A stretch of 64,000 bases of DNA from Shigella phage ESh27: the sequence record ON528737, one strand, 5' to 3'. Positions 9,440-20,874 of this stretch are shown one piece after another. Each line of letters starts with the position of its first letter. The stretch's first letter is position 1. Position numbers and translations under genes: made by a program. The notes beneath the pieces were generated by a model, which was not told where the DNA came from, ran no database searches, and saw only the letters and a program-made list of their open reading frames with translations.

Positions 9440-11695
9440 ATGCAAGTAACTAAGAGCAGTGGGGTATCCCAAAATTTTGATGCACAGAAAATTATTCAAG
9501 TATTAACTTGGCAATGTGAAGGAACACAAATCGACCCATATGAATTGTACGAAGAAATTAAGACCCATCTTGTTGACGGGATGAGCACCAAAGATATTCA
9601 GAAGATTTGTATTAAAGTTGCAGCCAACTCGATTTCTGTCGAAGAACCTGATTATCAATATGTTGCCGCTAAAGGATTAATGTTTGCACTTCGTAAAGAT
9701 GTGTACGGACAGTTTGAACCTCCTGCTTTTATCGACCATATCTCGTATTGTGTTAATGAAGGCAAATACGACCCTGAGTTGTTGTCTAGATATTCTGCAG
9801 AAGAAATCATTTATCTCGATTCTCAGATTAAACATGAACGAGATTTTGATCTGACTTATGCTGGTGCTATGCAGCTTAAAGAAAAATACCTGGTTAAAGA
9901 TAAAACAACTGGGAAGATTTATGAAACTCCACAGTTTGCTATCATGGCTATTGGTATGGCCTTACATCAAGACGAAACTCATGACCGTTTGAAACATATT
10001 ATTCGTTTTTATGATGCTGTTTCTACTCATCAAGTTTCATTGCCTACCCCAATTATGGCAGGTGCTCGTACTCCAACTCGCCAGTTCTCTAGTTGTGTAG
10101 TTATTGAAGCCGGTGATTCGTTAAAATCTATTAACAAAACTTCAGCATCAATTATTGAATATATTTCTAAACGAGCTGGTATTGGTATCAACGTTGGTAT
10201 GCTTCGTGCAGAAGGTTCTAAGATCGGTACGGGTGAAGTTCGACATACGGGTGTTATTCCGTTCTGGAAACATTTCCAAACTGCAGTAAAATCTTGTTCT
10301 CAAGGTGGTATTCGTGGTGGTGCTGCTACGGCGTATTATCCGATGTGGCACTTAGAAGTAGAGAACCTGTTGGTTCTGAAAAATAACAAAGGTGTGGATG
10401 AAAACCGTATTCGACATATGGACTACGGAATTCAGATTAATGACCTTATGATGGAACGCCTTGGTAAAAATGATTATATTACTTTATTTAGCCCTCACGA
10501 AATGTCAGGCGAACTATATTACTCATTCTTTGAAGATCAAGATAAATTCCGTGAGCTTTATGAGAAAGCTGAAAAAGACCCAACAATCAGAAAGAAAAGA
10601 ATCAAAGCACTAGAACTCTTTGAATTGTTCATGACTGAACGTTCTGGTACTGCTCGAATTTATCCACAGTTTGTTGATAACACGAATAACTACACTCCGT
10701 TTATTCGTGAAAAAGCTCCAATTCGTCAGAGTAACTTATGCTGTGAAATCGCTATTCCAACTAATGATGTGAATGGTCCTGATGCTGAAATTGGTTTATG
10801 TACGCTGTCTGCATTCGTGCTAGATAACTTTGATTGGCAAGACCAAGACAAAATTAATGAGCTCGCTGAAGTCCAGGTACGTGCATTGGATAATCTATTA
10901 GATTATCAAAGCTATCCTGTTCCTGAAGCTCTGAAGGCTAAGAAACGTCGTAACTTGGGTGTCGGTGTGACGAACTATGCTGCATGGTTAGCTTCTAACT
11001 TTGCTTCATATGAAGACGCTAACGATTTGACTCATGAATTGTTTGAGAGATTGCAATATGGCCTTATCAAAGCTTCAATCAAACTCGCCAAAGAAAAAGG
11101 ACCTTGTGAGTATTATTCAGACACTAAATGGTCTAGAGGCGAATTACCTATCGACTGGTACAATAAAAAGATTGACCAAATCGCAGCCCCGAACTACGTC
11201 TGTGACTGGGAAGAACTTCGAGCTGAACTCAAAGAACATGGAATTCGTAACAGTACACTTAGTGCTCTCATGCCATGCGAATCAAGCAGTCAAGTCTCAA
11301 ATAGCACAAACGGTATAGAACCACCTCGTGGACCTGTAAGTATTAAAGAATCTAAAGAAGGCAACTTCCGTCAGGTTGTTCCTAATATCGAACATAACAT
11401 GAGTCTTTACGACTACGCGTGGAAACTTGCTAAGAAAGGTAATAAACCTTATTTGACCCAAGTTGCTATCATGTTGAAATGGGTGTGCCAATCTGCTTCT
11501 GCTAATACTTACTATGACCCGGCAGTATTTGAGAAAGGTAAAGTGCCAATGTCAGTAATGCTTGACGATCTGCTTTACTTCTGGTACTTTGGCGGAAAAA
11601 ATCTCTACTATCATAACACTCGTGATGGGTCAGGTACAGATGACTATGAATTAGAAACACCTAAAGCCGAAGATTGCTCTGCTTGTAAGCTTTAA
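9440..11695 (+). CDS. nrdA: Aerobic ribonucleoside-diphosphate reductase large subunit
   Basis: 751 aa; ATP-cone N-terminus, catalytic NLCCEI and C-terminal CxxC; T4 NrdA ~754 aa. Confidence 0.95.
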   Translation: MQVTKSSGVSQNFDAQKIIQVLTWQCEGTQIDPYELYEEIKTHLVDGMSTKDIQKICIKVAANSISVEEPDYQYVAAKGLMFALRKDVYGQFEPPAFIDHISYCVNEGKYDPELLSRYSAEEIIYLDSQIKHERDFDLTYAGAMQLKEKYLVKDKTTGKIYETPQFAIMAIGMALHQDETHDRLKHIIRFYDAVSTHQVSLPTPIMAGARTPTRQFSSCVVIEAGDSLKSINKTSASIIEYISKRAGIGINVGMLRAEGSKIGTGEVRHTGVIPFWKHFQTAVKSCSQGGIRGGAATAYYPMWHLEVENLLVLKNNKGVDENRIRHMDYGIQINDLMMERLGKNDYITLFSPHEMSGELYYSFFEDQDKFRELYEKAEKDPTIRKKRIKALELFELFMTERSGTARIYPQFVDNTNNYTPFIREKAPIRQSNLCCEIAIPTNDVNGPDAEIGLCTLSAFVLDNFDWQDQDKINELAEVQVRALDNLLDYQSYPVPEALKAKKRRNLGVGVTNYAAWLASNFASYEDANDLTHELFERLQYGLIKASIKLAKEKGPCEYYSDTKWSRGELPIDWYNKKIDQIAAPNYVCDWEELRAELKEHGIRNSTLSALMPCESSSQVSNSTNGIEPPRGPVSIKESKEGNFRQVVPNIEHNMSLYDYAWKLAKKGNKPYLTQVAIMLKWVCQSASANTYYDPAVFEKGKVPMSVMLDDLLYFWYFGGKNLYYHNTRDGSGTDDYELETPKAEDCSACKL

Positions 11696-11750
11696 GACTT
11701 TTGATTATAATTTACTCATGGATGAGTTAATAACTAAGTGAGAAAATATA

Positions 11751-12926
11751 ATGAGTACAGTTTTTAACACGCAACAAGTCGATGTTTTGAATGAACCGAT
11801 GTTCTTTGGTTCTGGTCTTGGCCTCGCACGGTATGATATTCAGCGTCATAAAGTTTTCGAAGAACTTATTGAAAAGCAATTGTCGTTTTTCTGGCGCCCA
11901 GAAGAGGTAAACTTGATGTTGGACTCTGCGCAGTTCAATAAGCTTCCTCAGTTCCAACAGGACATCTTTACAAACAATCTTAAGTATCAATCATTATTAG
12001 ATTCTATACAAGGCAGGGCCCCATCTGCGGTACTTATGGCACTTATTTCTGACCCTTCATTAGATACATGGGTTGCAACATGGACATTCAGTGAAACTAT
12101 TCACTCTCGTTCATATACTCATATTATGCGAAATCTTTATACCGATCCATCTAAGGTATTTGATGAAATTGTATTAGACGAAGCAATCATGAAACGAGCT
12201 GAATCAATAGGTAAATATTATGATGATGTTCTAGTCAAGACTCGCCATTGGGAAAATGCTAAGGAAAATTATGAGTATTCACTAGGCTCATGCCAGCAGA
12301 ATGATATTGAGATGTACGAAGAAATAATGTTTAACGCCAAGCGTGAGCTAATGAAATCTCTTTATCTCTGTTTGCACGTTATCAACTCCTTAGAAGCTAT
12401 TCGTTTTTACGTATCATTTGCATGTACTTTCAACTTCCATAAAAATATGGAAATTATGGAAGGCAATGCAAAGATTATGAAGTTCATTGCTCGTGACGAA
12501 CAACTCCACCTTAAGGGTACTCAGTACATTATCCGTCAACTTCAATCTGGTACTGACGGCGATGAGTGGGTTCAAATTGCTAAAGAATGTGAACAAGAAG
12601 CAGTTGACATTTTTATGGAAGTAAATAGTCAAGAGAAGGAATGGGCTGCGCACCTCTTTAAAGACGGTACATGTCCAGGTATAAATACACAGAGTATGTG
12701 TGCTTTTGTTGATTACTTGACTGTGTCTCGTATGAAACAGTGTGGTTTGCCGTGTCCAATTACTGATGCTCCGACCAAACATCCGTATCCTTGGATTCGT
12801 GAATATCTGAACTCTGATTTAGTTCAAGCAGCTCCTCAGGAAGTTGAAATCAGTTCTTATCTTGTTGCACAAATTGATAATGATGTAGACCAAAATGTAA
12901 TCAATTCATACAAAAAATATTTCTAA
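11751..12926 (+). CDS. nrdB: Ribonucleoside-diphosphate reductase small subunit (uninterrupted, no intron)
   Basis: 391 aa continuous ORF; di-iron ligand motifs (ExxH). Confidence 0.95.
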   Translation: MSTVFNTQQVDVLNEPMFFGSGLGLARYDIQRHKVFEELIEKQLSFFWRPEEVNLMLDSAQFNKLPQFQQDIFTNNLKYQSLLDSIQGRAPSAVLMALISDPSLDTWVATWTFSETIHSRSYTHIMRNLYTDPSKVFDEIVLDEAIMKRAESIGKYYDDVLVKTRHWENAKENYEYSLGSCQQNDIEMYEEIMFNAKRELMKSLYLCLHVINSLEAIRFYVSFACTFNFHKNMEIMEGNAKIMKFIARDEQLHLKGTQYIIRQLQSGTDGDEWVQIAKECEQEAVDIFMEVNSQEKEWAAHLFKDGTCPGINTQSMCAFVDYLTVSRMKQCGLPCPITDAPTKHPYPWIREYLNSDLVQAAPQEVEISSYLVAQIDNDVDQNVINSYKKYF

Positions 12927-12930
12927 GGAC

Positions 12931-12950
12931 GGGACTTCGGTCCCACTTTA
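12931..12950 (+). terminator. Hairpin GGGACTTCGGTCCC with weak T-tract between nrdB and denA
   Basis: UUCG tetraloop hairpin, followed by actttatt. Confidence 0.45.
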
Positions 12951-12952
12951 TT

Positions 12953-13363
12953 ATGAAAGATATTGCCGCCGAATATTCCTTTATTAAATATATAGAATTG
13001 GAGCTATTAGAAGATGCAACAATTAAAACCATTGATGCCCCTAATAAGAAAAATGTCATATACGCTATTGCTATAGATGACGAACTTGTGTATATTGGTA
13101 AAACCAAGAATTTAAAGAAACGCATTAACTATTATCGAACAGCCATAAATCGAAAAGACCAGACTTCAGATTCAAGAAAATCACTTATGATTTTGGATGC
13201 CTTAATGCAAGGCAAAAAGGTTGAATTCTGGGCCCGCCAATGTTTTGACCTTTCAGTCACTAACGAACTCGGTTCAATGACCATTGCAACAATGGACCTT
13301 GAAGAACCGCTTTTTATCAAAAAGTTCAACCCGCCTTGGAATATCCAACATAAGAAAAAGTAG
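12953..13363 (+). CDS. denA: Endonuclease II (GIY-YIG family, host DNA degradation)
   Basis: 136 aa; YAIAIDDELVYIGKT...RINYY motif; C-terminus PLFIKKFNPPWNIQHKKK as in T4 DenA. Confidence 0.92.
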   Translation: MKDIAAEYSFIKYIELELLEDATIKTIDAPNKKNVIYAIAIDDELVYIGKTKNLKKRINYYRTAINRKDQTSDSRKSLMILDALMQGKKVEFWARQCFDLSVTNELGSMTIATMDLEEPLFIKKFNPPWNIQHKKK

Positions 13364-13392
13364 TTTACATACCACAAGGATTGTGGTACAAT
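13363..13392 (+). promoter_or_regulatory. T4-type early promoter (GTTTAC ... TACAAT)
   Basis: gtttac 13363-13368, tacaat 13387-13392. Confidence 0.55.
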
Positions 13393-13408
13393 TTAAAAAA
13401 CTAACTGA

Positions 13409-14542
<1,134 letters not shown>

Positions 14543-14544
14543 TG

Positions 14545-14574
14545 GTTTACAAACACCAAGGAAGGTGTTACTAT
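14545..14574 (+). promoter_or_regulatory. T4-type early promoter (GTTTAC ... TACTAT) upstream of alc
   Basis: gtttac 14545-14550, gtgttactat ~14566-14574. Confidence 0.55.
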
Positions 14575-14604
14575 GGCTTTTATCAACAACACGAGGAGAA
14601 AATT

Positions 14605-15105
14605 ATGAATATGCAATTGATTACTAACGATATGGTCGTAACCGCTTTTGGAGACACAACTGACGGAATCCGAGTCTTTAAGAAAGGACGTCCAGTTGGT
14701 TATCTTACTGACCTCCGTGTTACACTGGCCAAAAATCTTAAAAAGAAAGTAAAACAAAAAGAGTATTCCACCCGATACGCCGAAGAGAAACGCGAAGCGA
14801 TGCCGGAAGCAGTTAATGCCATGGTAGAATTTCTTCAAAACAATTTGACTAAATATGACGCTAATGTGTTCATTAATATTAGTCAACCAAACGTACATAT
14901 CGCAGGTATAAAATTCTACATTATTTGCGACCCTCTTACCGACAAATTCAACCGCCTCGGAATTTCAAGCCCGTATCATACAGCAGAAGAGTTGTGTGTA
15001 TTGTTTGAATCGTACAAAATCCAGTGTGATGGTTTGAAAACCGTTCTTATCAATGGATTATCCCGAGATGAAATCATTGAGATTATTAAAACATGCTTAA
15101 AGTAA
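14605..15105 (+). CDS. alc: Alc (blocks transcription of cytosine-containing DNA)
   Basis: Internal ATG with SD gaggag gives ~166 aa MNMQLITNDMVVTAFGDTT; T4 Alc ~167 aa; longest-ORF start 14542 contains the promoter. Confidence 0.8.
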   Translation: MNMQLITNDMVVTAFGDTTDGIRVFKKGRPVGYLTDLRVTLAKNLKKKVKQKEYSTRYAEEKREAMPEAVNAMVEFLQNNLTKYDANVFINISQPNVHIAGIKFYIICDPLTDKFNRLGISSPYHTAEELCVLFESYKIQCDGLKTVLINGLSRDEIIEIIKTCLK

Positions 15106-15449
15106 ATCCGATTTATGCTATAGTAGCAGCTTTTGCTCTAGCTTCTACGGTAACAATAGTTGTCTTAAACAACAAAGTTGATTCGTTGAATACTGAATTA
15201 GCTTCTGTCAAAGAGACCGCTAAAAACAATGCTAAAGTATTAGACGACTTCAAAGTTCAATATCAGTCAATCGAAGAAATGACTTATAAGAACCGTGTTT
15301 TAGTTGACCAACTTAAGGCTGAAAATGAAAAGCTCCGTAAGGATTCGAAGAAGAAGAACGTGGTGGCAAGTAAACCAGGATTGGTTGAAAAACAAATCAA
15401 CAGGTCCTTCGATTCCTTTGCAGAAGACCTCAGGAAGCTCTCAGAATGA
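15093..15449 (+). CDS. Putative i-spanin (inner-membrane spanin, pseT.3 position)
   Basis: 118 aa; N-terminal TM helix IYAIVAAFALASTVTIVVL then coiled-coil-like charged region. Confidence 0.65.
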   Translation: MLKVNPIYAIVAAFALASTVTIVVLNNKVDSLNTELASVKETAKNNAKVLDDFKVQYQSIEEMTYKNRVLVDQLKAENEKLRKDSKKKNVVASKPGLVEKQINRSFDSFAEDLRKLSE

Positions 15450-15736
15450 TTAAATTAACCGCAGTTGTATTATCTATTGGCATTTTGGCTGGATGTGCCC
15501 AAGATGTGCCCTTAAGCCCTAAAGAAACTTTACATCCGCAATGGCCTGAATCTATTGTTGAATATAACCAGAAATGGCAGGTAAAGGTTATTGATGGTAA
15601 TCCATGGGTTGGAATGCCATTTGAAGACTCTCAAGAATTTCGTATCTGGTTAAACGACGTAAAAAGATATGTACATGACCAGAAGACTATGTTATGTTAT
15701 TATCGTAGTGGTTTAAAAGAGGAAAAATGCCAATGA
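15446..15736 (+). CDS. Putative o-spanin (outer-membrane lipoprotein, pseT.2 position)
   Basis: 96 aa; signal peptide plus lipobox LAGC; ATGA overlap with preceding gene. Confidence 0.65.
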   Translation: MIKLTAVVLSIGILAGCAQDVPLSPKETLHPQWPESIVEYNQKWQVKVIDGNPWVGMPFEDSQEFRIWLNDVKRYVHDQKTMLCYYRSGLKEEKCQ

Positions 15737-15951
15737 CTAAAGAACAGCATGAATACATTAAAGGGCTTATCTATGAATCTGAAATGGCGGCTATGATTTA
15801 TGGCCGTCTGATTCAACGATTAGAATCTTTGCCTCCGACTAATGACCGCTTGTTAGTTCAGTCTCGTGCTAATCTGAAAAATGAATATCAGAACAAGTGG
15901 GCAGTAGCGACTAAAGCTCTTCATGAGTATATCGAATCTTTAGTAAAATAG
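15727..15951 (+). CDS. Hypothetical protein (pseT.1 position)
   Basis: 74 aa ORF; SD aagagga. Confidence 0.5.
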   Translation: MPMTKEQHEYIKGLIYESEMAAMIYGRLIQRLESLPPTNDRLLVQSRANLKNEYQNKWAVATKALHEYIESLVK

Positions 15952-15980
15952 TTTACAAACTCTCGGGAGCAGAGTATAAT
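15951..15980 (+). promoter_or_regulatory. T4-type early promoter (GTTTAC ... TATAAT)
   Basis: gtttac 15951-15956, tataat 15975-15980. Confidence 0.55.
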
Positions 15981-16008
15981 GCTCCTATGGATAATTGAGG
16001 AAATCTAA

Positions 16009-16307
16009 ATGAAAACATTACTAGAGAATTATATCAAACGGTCAGATGAGTATATTGATATCTGCCGTGGAATGTCACTTGTCAATTATGATAAAGATGC
16101 AGCAAAGGCCATAGATGAAGCAGGTAAAGCTCTTCGTAAAGCTGCTAAAGAAAAAGGGTTGGATTTGCAACAACTCAAAAGTCATATGATTAAATTTATT
16201 TCTTCAAACGTTAGAAGTACGTCAATTAATAAAAACGTTGCTGAAATTAATAAAGACCGGCGCGAACATAACATTCGTATTCTTGAAGCTTTCTTAGGAA
16301 TAAAATA

Positions 16308-16308
<1 letters not shown>
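16009..16308 (+). CDS. Hypothetical protein
   Basis: 99 aa ORF, SD gagg. Confidence 0.5.
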
Positions 16309-17394
<1,086 letters not shown>

Positions 17395-17395
<1 letters not shown>

Positions 17396-17586
17396 TGAAA
17401 CGATTATATGAAGTGATTGAGGCCATCGAACAGCATAAAGAATATTTGTTTGTAGCCTGGCCTTTAGTAAATGGACAGTTCGGTATTGATGTGCTGGACT
17501 ATGAGCATGAAGAACGTTTGGACGGTGGTATATTTGATAACGTCGACCAGGCAATTGAATGGTTAAATGAAAATTATGTACGATAA
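17395..17586 (+). CDS. Hypothetical protein (cd.x-type small ORF)
   Basis: 63 aa ORF. Confidence 0.45.
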
Positions 17587-17791
17587 ACATCATGAAATCG
17601 AAGATGAAGCATACAAAATGCTTCGTAAACTAGTAGGACTTAATATGAGTTCTACATTAATCAACAAGCTTACCGAAATTCGTAACGACCTGAATACTCG
17701 TTACAAAGGCGAATATCATGTAGAGTTTGTTCCTGTAGGCGAACCGACCGAGCAATTTGTTGTTCGAGTTAAAGTAAATACTGTACACTGA
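17567..17791 (+). CDS. Hypothetical protein (cd.x-type small ORF)
   Basis: 74 aa ORF. Confidence 0.45.
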   Translation: MKIMYDKHHEIEDEAYKMLRKLVGLNMSSTLINKLTEIRNDLNTRYKGEYHVEFVPVGEPTEQFVVRVKVNTVH

Positions 17792-17798
17792 GGTAATT

Positions 17799-18074
17799 AT
17801 GTTCCCTAAATATTCTGAAATTGTAAAGGTCGTTTTTAGTCAGATTATCGCAAATCATTTCTTTGATAAGCTGGATACTGCTACCGAGCTTAAGGTCCAC
17901 TCTGAACTACTCTACGTTTTGAATACACTAGTGCCTGACCAAGTGGATTCTGTGTCTGTTACGTTGTTGCCCAGCTCGGCTCATGTGATTGTTGTGTTTG
18001 GTCTTGATGCTGAACTAGTAATTCAGTGTGAAGTTGATTTCGATTCACAAGAAATTAAATGTTTTGCAATTTAA
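17799..18074 (+). CDS. Hypothetical protein (cd.x-type small ORF)
   Basis: 91 aa ORF, SD gaggtaatt. Confidence 0.45.
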   Translation: MFPKYSEIVKVVFSQIIANHFFDKLDTATELKVHSELLYVLNTLVPDQVDSVSVTLLPSSAHVIVVFGLDAELVIQCEVDFDSQEIKCFAI

Positions 18075-18104
18075 GTTTACAACACCGTAGAGTTGTGATA
18101 TGAT
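18075..18104 (+). promoter_or_regulatory. T4-type early promoter (GTTTAC ... TATGAT)
   Basis: gtttac 18075-18080, gtgatatgat. Confidence 0.5.
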
Positions 18105-18131
18105 GACTCTACCAACAATGAGGAAATTGAA

Positions 18132-18368
18132 ATGCTAAGTGAAAATCCAATTACAGTACACGAATTTCAGATTAAAGTAAAAGAATTTGCTCAAGCACTC
18201 ATCAATAAAGTGTCTGAACGTTTCCAGGATGCAACATTACGAGTTATTCAAGAATCTCCACGTTCTTTTCTCATAATCGTTAATCCTAAAGATGGTGACC
18301 AAATTACTAATCTTAAATTAGGCAGTGATGGTCTTGTTGAAGCAACTCGAGTATATGGAACACTATAA
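18132..18368 (+). CDS. Hypothetical protein (cd.x-type small ORF)
   Basis: 78 aa ORF, SD gaggaaa. Confidence 0.5.
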   Translation: MLSENPITVHEFQIKVKEFAQALINKVSERFQDATLRVIQESPRSFLIIVNPKDGDQITNLKLGSDGLVEATRVYGTL

Positions 18369-18488
18369 TGAGAGCTATCTCATTACTATCGAGAATGGTC
18401 ATAAATCTGAGCACTACCAACTTAACCTGTCTAATCCGGTTAAAGGTATTGTTGAATCAGAATCTGTTTATATCTCCTAAGGATTGTT

Positions 18489-19481
18489 ATGTTACCTGTC
18501 GTCGGAAAACTTATTTCTCCAAAAGAACTGGCTGAGATTATTCCTTTGTCGGAAGCTTACGCATCACAAGTGGCTTCTCATCGCGAACAAGTTAATTCGA
18601 TTATGAATGGTGAAGACCCACGCAAACTTATTGTTGTAGGTCCTTGTTCAATTCATGACCCTATTGCTGCTGTTGAATACGGCAAACGTCTGGCTGAACT
18701 TCAAACTCGTCTTCCTAATGTTCTGTTAGTGATGCGCGTTTATTTTGAAAAGCCTCGAACTACCGTAGGTTGGAAAGGTCTTGTAAATGATCCATATCTT
18801 GACGGAAGTTTTGATATGAACCACGGTCTTATAGTTGCACGAACATTGTGTCGTAAACTTCTACGTATGGGACTTCCATTAGCAACTGAAGTATTAGACC
18901 CATTCACGATTAAGTATCTTTCTGGTATTTTCTCATGGGTTGCTATTGGCGCCCGTACGACTGAAAGTCAGACACATCGTGAAATTGCTTCAGGTCTACC
19001 GATGTGCGTAGGCTTTAAGAACGCAACCAATGGTTCTATTAAAGTAGCTACAGACGCGATGTATAGTGCCGCCTGGCCTCATCGGTATATGGGTATGGAC
19101 GTCGATGGTACTGTAGGCATTGTTGAAGCTGAAGGTAATCAGAATACGCATATCGTATTGCGTGGCGGGACCAACGGCCCGAACTATCATTCTTCTGATA
19201 TTCAAGAAGCTTCTAACAAAGCAAGGGCAGTAGGTCTGAATCATTATGTAATGGTTGACTGTAGCCATGCAAACGCTGATGGGCATTATAGCAATCAAAT
19301 TGGTATTGGTAAAAATTTAGCAGCTAATGATTTGGTCAAAGGAATTATGATAGAATCGTTCCTACATGAAGGAAATCAAAAAATTTCTGATAATATGTCC
19401 TATGGCGTTTCCGTTACCGATGCGTGCATCAGTTGGGAACAAACTAAAGAGCTGTTAACTTATATTAATAAGGTTCAATAA
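18489..19481 (+). CDS. 3-deoxy-D-arabino-heptulosonate-7-phosphate (DAHP) synthase, class I (AroG/AroF/AroH-like)
   Basis: 330 aa; GPCSIHD, RVYFEKPRTTVGWKGLVNDP, IGARTTESQTHRE, GFKN, DCSHAN, IESFLHEGNQ match the E. coli AroG family including metal ligands (Cys, His, Glu, Asp); stop overlaps cd start (TAATG). Confidence 0.85.
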   Translation: MLPVVGKLISPKELAEIIPLSEAYASQVASHREQVNSIMNGEDPRKLIVVGPCSIHDPIAAVEYGKRLAELQTRLPNVLLVMRVYFEKPRTTVGWKGLVNDPYLDGSFDMNHGLIVARTLCRKLLRMGLPLATEVLDPFTIKYLSGIFSWVAIGARTTESQTHREIASGLPMCVGFKNATNGSIKVATDAMYSAAWPHRYMGMDVDGTVGIVEAEGNQNTHIVLRGGTNGPNYHSSDIQEASNKARAVGLNHYVMVDCSHANADGHYSNQIGIGKNLAANDLVKGIMIESFLHEGNQKISDNMSYGVSVTDACISWEQTKELLTYINKVQ

Positions 19482-20062
19482 TGAAAGCTAGCACATACCT
19501 TCAGATTGCATATCTGATTTCTCAAGAATCAAAATGTTGTTCATGGAAAGTAGGTGCCGTCATTGAAAAAGATGGACGTATCATTTCTACTGGGTATAAC
19601 GGTAGCCCGGCAGGTGGTATAAACTGTTGTGACCATGCTACTGAACAAGGTTGGTTGAAGAATAAACCAAGCCCGGTCATCGTTGCTGGGCATAAAGAAG
19701 GCACTACAGCATTTGGACGGGCCGATAATTTTGTTTTGGCTAAAGAACATCGGGCTGCTCATAGTGCATGGTCTGCTAATAACGAAATCCATGCGGAACT
19801 GAACGCAATTTTGTTTGCAGCTCGTAAAGGTAATTCTATTGAAGGTGCTACGTTATATACGACGCTTTCTCCGTGTCCTGATTGCACTAAAGCTATTACG
19901 CAGTCAGGTATTAAAAAGGTTGTATATGCAGAATTATATGACCGATCTCCTGAAAATTGGGCAGACATTCTAAAACAAGCTGGTATTGAAGTAATTCAGT
20001 ACTCTCGTAATAATCTTCGTTCTCTGAATTGGGAACAAATCCGAAACTTTTGTGGTGAATAA
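19481..20062 (+). CDS. cd: dCMP deaminase
   Basis: 193 aa; MKASTYLQIAYLISQESKCCSWKVGAV, HAELNAI, SPCPDC zinc motif; matches T4 Cd. Confidence 0.95.
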   Translation: MKASTYLQIAYLISQESKCCSWKVGAVIEKDGRIISTGYNGSPAGGINCCDHATEQGWLKNKPSPVIVAGHKEGTTAFGRADNFVLAKEHRAAHSAWSANNEIHAELNAILFAARKGNSIEGATLYTTLSPCPDCTKAITQSGIKKVVYAELYDRSPENWADILKQAGIEVIQYSRNNLRSLNWEQIRNFCGE

Positions 20063-20063
20063 T

Positions 20064-20360
20064 ATGATTTTAACTGAACAAGAAACTGTGGTTCTTCGTG
20101 AACGTATTAAAACTATTCTGTCTGTAGGCGTTCATTGTGTTGTATTTGAAAAGGCTAACGGTGATGTTCGTACGATGTTTGCTTCGCGCGACGAACTTGA
20201 AGTCAAATACGAAAATAACAATCCGGCAACAGAAGTTCGTTATGAACCTCGTGAATCAGTTCGAGCATTCGATACCAAGTTAGGTCAGTGGCGTTCTTTC
20301 CGCCTTGATAAAGTAATTTCGGTTGATGGTACTCCGGTGGAACGTTTGCTTCTTATGTAA
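20064..20360 (+). CDS. Hypothetical protein (31.x position)
   Basis: ATG at 20064 immediately after cd stop; ~98 aa. Confidence 0.5.
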   Translation: MILTEQETVVLRERIKTILSVGVHCVVFEKANGDVRTMFASRDELEVKYENNNPATEVRYEPRESVRAFDTKLGQWRSFRLDKVISVDGTPVERLLLM

Positions 20361-20387
20361 TATGCTTTACGAATAGTATGGTATTAT
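20360..20387 (+). promoter_or_regulatory. Putative MotA-dependent middle promoter upstream of gene 31
   Basis: MotA-box-like aTGCTTtA at ~20363-20370, -10-like tattat ~20 nt downstream. Confidence 0.45.
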
Positions 20388-20417
20388 TAATCTATCGTCA
20401 AACAACAAGGAAATAAG

Positions 20418-20750
20418 ATGTCTGAAGTACAACTCCCAATTCGTGCTGTTGGTGAATATGTCATTCTGGTTTCTGAACCCGCTCAAGCAGGTGATGAAGA
20501 AGTTACCGAATCAGGACTTGTGATTGGTAAACGTGTTCAAGGTGAAGTTCCTGAACTATGTGTAGTTCATTCTGTAGGTCCTGATGTTCCTGAAGGTTTT
20601 GTTGAAGTCGGTGATTTGACTCCACTACCAGTTGGACAAATTCGAAATGTTCCACATCCATTTGTGGCTTTAGGTCTTAAACAACCTAAAGAAATTAAAC
20701 AGAAATTCGTAACATGCCACTATAAAGCTATTCCGTGTCTTTATAAGTGA
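20418..20750 (+). CDS. 31: Co-chaperonin gp31 (GroES analogue for capsid protein folding)
   Basis: 110 aa; [35 protein letters not shown]-terminal [15 protein letters not shown] as in T4 gp31. Confidence 0.92.
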   Translation: MSEVQLPIRAVGEYVILVSEPAQAGDEEVTESGLVIGKRVQGEVPELCVVHSVGPDVPEGFVEVGDLTPLPVGQIRNVPHPFVALGLKQPKEIKQKFVTCHYKAIPCLYK

Positions 20751-20758
20751 TATAAATA
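20751..20758 (+). promoter_or_regulatory. T4-type late promoter (TATAAATA) upstream of rIII
   Basis: tataaata directly after gene 31 stop, followed by hairpin gaagag-aaca-ctcttc at 20766-20781. Confidence 0.5.
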
Positions 20759-20874
20759 ACTATATGAAGAGAACACTCTTCTAAGCGGTAGCCTACAACT
20801 GAGAGACTTGTCGAAAGAAGGTGAAATTCAGACGAACGTGGCTACTAAATATTATCTCGAATTGAGAATTTAAA

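Noticed and set aside
8236-12926. Group I introns in td and nrdB
   Set aside because: Both ORFs are continuous at the expected full length, so no intron is present.
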